Shown: positions 42,756 through 48,227 of the stretch, piece by piece
Numbering within the stretch: position 1 is the first letter of the stretch
Layout of the letters: each line of letters begins with the position of its first letter
NCBI GenBank assembly: GCA_965223505.1
Contig: CBDCWP010000014.1
Span: forward strand, 1 to 48,227
Source: Planctomycetota bacterium
GTDB lineage: Bacteria; Planctomycetota; PLA2; JAEUHO01
Reading direction: 5' to 3'
Length of the DNA stretch: 48,227 bases
Translations under genes and position numbers: made by a program
Notes under the pieces: model-generated
Told to the model about the DNA's origin: nothing
Seen by the model: only the letters and a program-made list of their open reading frames with translations
The model's database searches: none

Positions 42756-42878
42756 TGCGAGTGTCGGCGAGACCAATCGACCGAGGACAACCCCCTTTTT
42801 CCGTAGCCCAAAGCCCCATCGTCGGCATTCGTTGAATGGAAGGCGAGTGAGCAACGCTCACTCGCCTCCATTTTTTCT
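42756..42878 (+). ncRNA. Candidate sigma54-dependent small RNA (~120 nt)
   Basis: Bounded by the sigma54 promoter and an intrinsic terminator. Both flanking genes are on the minus strand. Confidence 0.5.
42841..42878 (+). terminator. Rho-independent terminator
   Basis: AGGCGAGTGAGC-AAC-GCTCACTCGCCT (12-bp stem) followed by CCATTTTTTC. Confidence 0.8.
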
Positions 42879-42889
42879 TACTGGCAGCC

Positions 42890-43143
42890 CGCCGCGAAGA
42901 CAGTCGCGGCGGGTGCGCGCCGCTTCCGGTGCCAGAACGATTCCCGTGTCTGCTCGGCGCTGGATTCCGGTGACTCGCCGCGAAGACAGTCGCGGCGGGT
43001 GCGCGCCGCTTCCGGTGCCAGAACGATTCCCGTGTCTGCTCGGCGCTGGATTCCGGTGACTCGCCGCGAAGACAGTCGCGGCGGGTGCGCGCCGCTTCCG
43101 GTGCCAGAACGATGTCCGCGTCCGCTCGGCGCCTGACTCTGGC
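42890..43143. repeat. Tandem repeat, 86-bp unit x3 (third copy diverged in its 3' part)
   Basis: Units start at 42890, 42976 and 43062, each beginning with the palindrome CGCCGCGA-AGACAG-TCGCGGCG. Confidence 0.9.
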
Positions 43144-43357
43144 GCGCGTCGATCTTCGTGAGGCGACTTCGAAGGTCGTGGCCATTCGGCAGTCGCGAGC
43201 AGCCTTCATCGTTGTGGGGTGGACTGAACGCACGACCTGCAGGGGGGATAGGGCGAGGCTTGTTTGCGTAGCAAACCCGAGCCCGCAAGGGGGGCGGCGG
43301 GAGCCCCCCTTGAAGAGACTAGGCAAGGTCGGAATGCGAGTGTAGCGAGCGTTCCAA

Positions 43358-43416
43358 GCGTGCGAAGCACGCGGCGGCGCGAAGCGCCGATCCGGTCCGA
43401 GCGCGAAGCGCTCGGA
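43358..43416. repeat. Three consecutive hairpins with GCGAAGC (GAA triloop) cores
   Basis: GCGTGC-GAA-GCACGC (43358-43372), CGGCGC-GAA-GCGCCG (43375-43389), TCCGAGCGC-GAA-GCGCTCGGA (43396-43416). Confidence 0.75.
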
Positions 43417-43419
43417 TGC

Positions 43420-45692
43420 CTATTCGCCGTCGTCGTCAGGCTTCTTCGGCTCGTCCGCCGGCTTGTCTTCGCCCCTGGGCTTATCGTCGTCCGACGGCTT
43501 CTTCTCGCCATCGTCCTTATCACCACCGTCGTCCTTCTTCTCGCCCGGCTCTTCGGTGGTGCCGTCGCCCTCCTTGCCGCCACCCTCGTCGGCGGGCGCC
43601 TCGGGCATCGCGATCTCACCGCCCGATCGCCACTCGCCCTTCTCCTCGAGGCCGCCGACCTCGAACGACAACTTGCTCTTCACCGCAATGAAGATCTTCT
43701 CGTCGGCCTTCTTGCCGCCCACCGGGAAGACGAACTCGAACGCCGCCTCGTCGGCCAGCGGGTCGATCTCGAACGTAGACGCGGGCACCTCTTCCTTCTT
43801 CGTGTCGATCTTCACGATTCTCGACCGGCTTGTCCTCCGGCTCTTCCGGCGTCAGGAAGCACACGAAGTCCAGGCTGGTGTTCGCCAGTGCCAGGCGGCT
43901 GTGCCAGAACGTCAGCAGATACGTCGTCGGCGGCACCTCCCCCGGCACCACCTCGGGGGCGCGCTGGCGGCCGCGCGCCTTCGGCTTCTCGGGCTTCTCG
44001 CCCGGCGCCAGCGGCTTGCGCACCCACACGCCGGACAGCGGCACGTCGAAGTGCACGGCGCCCAGAATGATGCGCGGGTGCGGTGACTCGGCGCTGCGCT
44101 TCTCCAGGTCGCGCGTCTTGCGCCAACGGCGCGAGTTCTTGAACGCGTCCGTGTACCAGCTGTCGCCCTCGTCCCCAGAGCAGCTGCTTGTTGGGAATCA
44201 GGATGACCGCGCTCGACGGACCCAGCACGTAGACGTGGTTCTCCGCCACGGCGCCCGGCTCCGCGAAGTTCTCCGTCACGCCGCCCTGGTAGTCGTCGAC
44301 GTTCAGCATGTGCTCGCGGAGGCGATTCCCGCGCGTCGCGCGCCAGATGATCGGCTCGAGATGGTTGCGCCCGGCCTTCGGGTACCAAGCCGTGCGGAAG
44401 CCAACCCAGAAGAACTTGTTACCCGGGTAGGGGGGCGCCTTCGGACCGCCGCCGCGGAAGTTGCGCGCGGCCGCGCGCAGCACCAGCATCTCGCGGCTAC
44501 CCGCGTGACCGCCGCGAACGACCTTGATCGTCTTGCCGAGTCGCGAGTTCCAGACGCACTCGCGGTCGTAGCCCGGATAACCCACGAACCATCCCGACGT
44601 CCACTCGGCGACGTTGCCGATCATGTGCATCGCGCCGCACCACGACGCGCCGCCGTAGATGCTGTCCACGGCGACGGTGCGCGGCATGTAATTCTCGTCG
44701 ATGAAGTTGGCCGCCCAGTTGCCGCGCTTCATCTGCTCGCGCTTCTCGGTCGGGAAGTCGTTGCCCCACGGGAAGACGAACCCGTCGGGTCCGCGCGCCG
44801 CGTACTCCCACTCTTCCTCCGTCGGGATGTGTTTGCCGGCCCATTCGGCGAAGCGCTGCGCGTCGAGATAGCTCACGTCGCGGACCGGGTGGTCCCAGCG
44901 ACCTTTGGGGGGCTCGATGCCGCGCCAGTCCTCGGGGAGCTTGCGCGTGAAGAAGTTGAGCTTCAGCGTGCGCGGCAACGGCTCGAAGCGGAACTTCTCG
45001 GCCGTTGCGTCCTCGTCGATCTCGCCGTCGGCGCTCAGCACCTTCAGCGCGTCCAGCTTGGACGCGAAGGTCTCCCAGAGCAGCGCCTTGTTACCGAAGT
45101 AGAGCTGGCGCCAGTGGATGACGCGCGGGTTCTTGCGGTCCGCGAGCTTGAGGTGCAACAGTGCCGCAGCGATCTCATCGAGGTTCGCGAGGCTGCCCGA
45201 CGACGTGTCGTACACGACGGCCGCGGTGTCCTGCAAGAACCGCAGGTACTGCGCGTTCGTGACCTCGAACCGATCGATGAAGTACGGACGCAGCGGCGGT
45301 TGGAACTGCGGCGCTTCGTAGAAGAACAGCTGCGCCTCGGTCGTCGGCCGGCCGTCGGTCAGCTTGATGATGTCGCGCGGCTTCGTCCCGATCGTGGCCC
45401 TGCCGCCGGGGACGAAGACCATGCCGCCGGGGCCGGGGGGCGCGTCGGGCACGCCGGCAGGAAGCGGTCCCTCCTCCGACTCGTCTTCGGGCAGCGGGTC
45501 GGGCTCGGGTTCCGGCTCTTCTTCCTCTTCCTCCTCGGCGCCCTCTTCGCCCTCCTTGTCCTCCGCGGGCTCGTCGCCTTTCTCATCTTCCGCGGGCTTC
45601 TTCGGCGGTTCCGGTTCGTCCTCTTCGGCGGCGACCCCGAGCGGCAGCAGGAAGATGACGGCCAGGAGCAGAAGGAGATGTCGAATCAGCAT
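43420..45692 (-). CDS. Secreted SUMF1/formylglycine-generating-enzyme-fold protein, two frameshifts (~44173, ~43818)
   Basis: Signal peptide MLIRHLLLLLAVIFLLPLGVAA. GMVFVPGG, IDRFEVTNAQY, HPVRDVS, PTEEEWEYAARG, FPWGN, MIGNVAEWT, VVRGG, VGFR. Continues through ORFs 43616..44056 and 43420..43815. Confidence 0.75.
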
Positions 45693-46201
45693 CGAAGGCT
45701 CCCGTGCGGCGCTCGGCCGGCGGACAGGTGCGGCCGCGTGCGGCCGAGCGGCAAAATGTAGCACCAACGCACTCGCGCACCCTTTGCGTGCACGTGCCGG
45801 AAGTCGCGGCGGCGCACCCCGAGTTTCCTTGATTCGGGGGCGCGTGGGCGGCCTCGGTCCGGGTCCGACGGTCGCCTCCCACGGGCCGAAGGGCCCCGTC
45901 GCGCCCCTGGGCAAAGCCCCGCGGCGGGGCGCTCGACCCCCCACTCCCTTGGGGGTGATGAATCGAAAAACCGCTACAGATTGCGACTGGTTGGTTGCGT
46001 ACGGTCGGATCGGTGCAATACTCGATTTCGAGGCCGTCGCCGATCCGAGTGCCCCGGTCCGACGCCCGCTCCGCCCGCCCCATGCCGGGGACCGGGGTGT
46101 CGAGTGGGGGGGTGGGGGTGCCAGGGTGACGCGGCGCGCACCTCGCGCTTCGACGTCCGGGAAGGAAGGCGATCGAATCGGGTAGACCGGAGGAGGGTCA
46201 G

Positions 46202-46927
46202 ATGGGCAATTTCGAGAAGCTATCCGTGCTGGTGATCGTGGTCATCATCGTGATGATCCTGGTGGTCGCGCTCTACACGCTCACCGAGGATCCGGAAGAC
46301 AACCCGGCCGCGAGCTCGACCAGCTCGACGGAGTTCGAGACGGACGAGTGGCAGGAGCCGGTCGAGGACGACGTGCCGCCAGCCGGCGACGAGACGGAGA
46401 ACGACCTCGAGAAGCCCGAGGGAACCGAGCCGCCCCCGTCCGAGCCCGAGGAAGACATCGAGAAGAAGGAAACGATCGCGGACGCGAACGAGCCGGCCGA
46501 CGCCGACGACGCTGCGCTCAAGGAGTGGTGGTACACGGTCAAGAGCGGCGACACGCTCGGGCAGATCGCGATGGACCATCTCGGCTCCATGCGTCGCTAC
46601 CCGGAGATCATCCGCATGAACCCCGGCGTCACGGCGATGAACCTGCAGATCGGCCAGAAGCTCAAGATGCCCGCGAAGGGTGCGAAGAAGGCGGCCGGTC
46701 CCGAGTTCCGCCCGCTCGGCGGCGCCAAGGCCGTCGCCACCGGCGGCGCGGGCGGGCCCACGCCCGGCACGCATTACGTGACCAAGAGCGGTGATCAGCT
46801 GCAGCGGATCTCGAAGCTCGCGTACGGCACGATCGAGCGTTGGCCGGAGATCTACGCCAAGAACCTCGCGAAGATCGACAACCCGGACATCATCCCGGCC
46901 GGCATTCGGATCTTCCTGCCCGAGTAA
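46202..46927 (+). CDS. Membrane-anchored protein with two LysM domains
   Basis: N-terminal TM, acidic linker, YTVKSGDTLGQIA...LQIGQKL and YVTKSGDQL...NPDIIPAG. GGAGG RBS. Confidence 0.9.
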   Translation: MGNFEKLSVLVIVVIIVMILVVALYTLTEDPEDNPAASSTSSTEFETDEWQEPVEDDVPPAGDETENDLEKPEGTEPPPSEPEEDIEKKETIADANEPADADDAALKEWWYTVKSGDTLGQIAMDHLGSMRRYPEIIRMNPGVTAMNLQIGQKLKMPAKGAKKAAGPEFRPLGGAKAVATGGAGGPTPGTHYVTKSGDQLQRISKLAYGTIERWPEIYAKNLAKIDNPDIIPAGIRIFLPE

Positions 46928-46964
46928 CGCCGCGGGCACCGACGCTGACGTTTTCGAACAACCC

Positions 46965-46997
46965 GAAGGGCGCGGCATCGACGATGCCGCGCCCTTC
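46965..46997. terminator. Perfect 16-bp inverted repeat after the LysM gene
   Basis: GAAGGGCGCGGCATCG-A-CGATGCCGCGCCCTTC followed by TT. Confidence 0.65.
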
Positions 46998-47026
46998 TTG
47001 CGTCGGCGGCCGCGTAGGATCTGCGC

Positions 47027-48031
47027 GTGACGTTGGATGACATCCAGGCCGGTCGCGGCGGCGCCGTGGCGAGCCTCGCGCGCGCGGGGCTCTGGGTTTG
47101 CTCGGGCGCGTGGGCGGTGACCCAGGCGCTGAAGTCGTTCGCGTACCGCGTCGGCCTTCGGCGCGCGCGTCGGGTCGAACGACCGGTCGTCTCCGTCGGC
47201 AACCTCGCGGTGGGCGGCACCGGCAAGACGCCGTTCGTCATCTGGCTCGCACGCCGGTTGACGGAAGACGGTCGCGCGGTCGGCATTCTGGCGCGCGGCT
47301 ACGGGGACGTCGTCGCCGACGGACTGAACGACGAGGGCCTGGAGATTCGTCGCGCGCTCGGCGCCGAGGTCGCGCAGGTTCAGGATCCCGACCGGGTCGT
47401 CGGCGCCGCCACGTTGCTGGCGAAGGCGCCCGAGACGGACGTCCTTCTGCTCGACGACGGCTTCCAGCACCGTCGGATCGGTCGGAGCCTCGACATCGTG
47501 CTGATCGACGCCACCTGTCCGTTCGGCTACGGCCATCTGCTGCCGCGGGGCCGTCTGCGCGAGCGTCCCGCGGCGCTCGCGCGAGCGGGCGCGGTCGTGA
47601 TCACGCGCAGTGATGCCGTCGACGAGGCCGCGCTGCGGCGCATCGAGGCCGAGATCCGGAAACACTGCCAGGCGCCCGTTGCGCGGGCCGCGCTCGAGAT
47701 CGTCGGCGACGCGTCCGAGCTCGCGGGCCGAGCGGTCTTCTCCTGCTCCGGCATCGGAAACCCAGCGGCGTTTCGCAAGACGCTCGAGGGCCTCGGCGCG
47801 CGCGTCGTCGGCGAGCGCGCCTTCGCGGACCACCGCGTTCCGCCGCCGGCCGATTGGCCCGATCTGGTCCGCGCGGCACAGACGGCGGGCGCCGAGCGTG
47901 TCGTCATCACCCGCAAGGACGCCGTCAAGCTCGACCCGCTGCCGCAAGGGGTCGCGGTGCTGGACGTCGAGATGCGGATCGTCGCGGGCGAGGACGCGTT
48001 GTGGGACGCGGTCAGGGCAGCATGCTCTTAG
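47027..48031 (+). CDS. lpxK: Tetraacyldisaccharide 4'-kinase
   Basis: VVSVGNLAVGGTGKTP, ILARGYG, LLDDGFQH, LLPRGRLRE, GIGNP, FADH, ITRKDAVK. Confidence 0.95.
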   Translation: MTLDDIQAGRGGAVASLARAGLWVCSGAWAVTQALKSFAYRVGLRRARRVERPVVSVGNLAVGGTGKTPFVIWLARRLTEDGRAVGILARGYGDVVADGLNDEGLEIRRALGAEVAQVQDPDRVVGAATLLAKAPETDVLLLDDGFQHRRIGRSLDIVLIDATCPFGYGHLLPRGRLRERPAALARAGAVVITRSDAVDEAALRRIEAEIRKHCQAPVARAALEIVGDASELAGRAVFSCSGIGNPAAFRKTLEGLGARVVGERAFADHRVPPPADWPDLVRAAQTAGAERVVITRKDAVKLDPLPQGVAVLDVEMRIVAGEDALWDAVRAACS

Positions 48032-48227
48032 GGTTCGACAGCTTCTCCGGCAGGTAGGTGTCCATCACGAAGTTGAGGTTGAACTTCGCGAAGGCCTGCT
48101 GCTCCGCGCGCACGCCCATCTTCACCTGCTGCTCGAGCGCCTTCGACCACGGACGGTGCGCCAGGAAGAACGGGTCGTTCTTCAACGCAGACTTCGCACG
48201 CTTCACGTCGACCTCCTTGAGAGGATG
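48012..48227 (-). CDS. C-terminal fragment of a protein entering from beyond the window
   Basis: Open frame from the window end (HPLKEVDVKRAKSALKNDPFF...) to the stop at 48012; GC3-rich codons. Confidence 0.6.
   Translation of the reverse strand, partial: HPLKEVDVKRAKSALKNDPFFLAHRPWSKALEQQVKMGVRAEQQAFAKFNLNFVMDTYLPEKLSNPKSMLP

Noticed and set aside
42890..43143. Possible CRISPR array
   Set aside because: The would-be spacers are identical or nearly so, the unit is 86 bp, and there are no cas genes. It is a tandem repeat.
45850..46200. c-di-GMP or c-di-AMP riboswitch upstream of the LysM gene
   Set aside because: Only isolated GGCAAA and GGGGTGA fragments; the other conserved elements are missing.

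Overview
GC-rich Gram-negative bacterial chromosome segment. lpxK is present. ECF-sigma/TM fusions, a Ser/Thr kinase-SUMF1 fusion and carboxypeptidase-regulatory-like secreted proteins suggest Planctomycetota (inference). The core is housekeeping: a classical menaquinone operon (menF-D-H-B-A-C-E) with an adjacent convergent DHNA-CoA thioesterase candidate, type-2 ileS, acs, a glutaryl-CoA-type dehydrogenase, two ABC systems, a LysM protein and lpxK. The most unusual parts are non-coding. (1) A slipin (SPFH) gene is preceded on the same strand by two abutting tRNA-like elements with defective anticodon or acceptor arms and by a ~290-nt region of nested long-range helices; no rtcB/TROVE partner lies in the window. 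(2) An orphan IHF/sigma54 promoter is followed by ~120 nt and an intrinsic terminator (candidate sRNA). (3) A 221-bp MITE with 18-bp terminal inverted repeats and an 8-bp target duplication sits upstream of ileS. (4) There are GTAG-type REPs, an 86-bp tandem repeat and GCGAAGC hairpin clusters. Six frameshifts split otherwise intact genes and are probably assembly indels. Many genes look leaderless.
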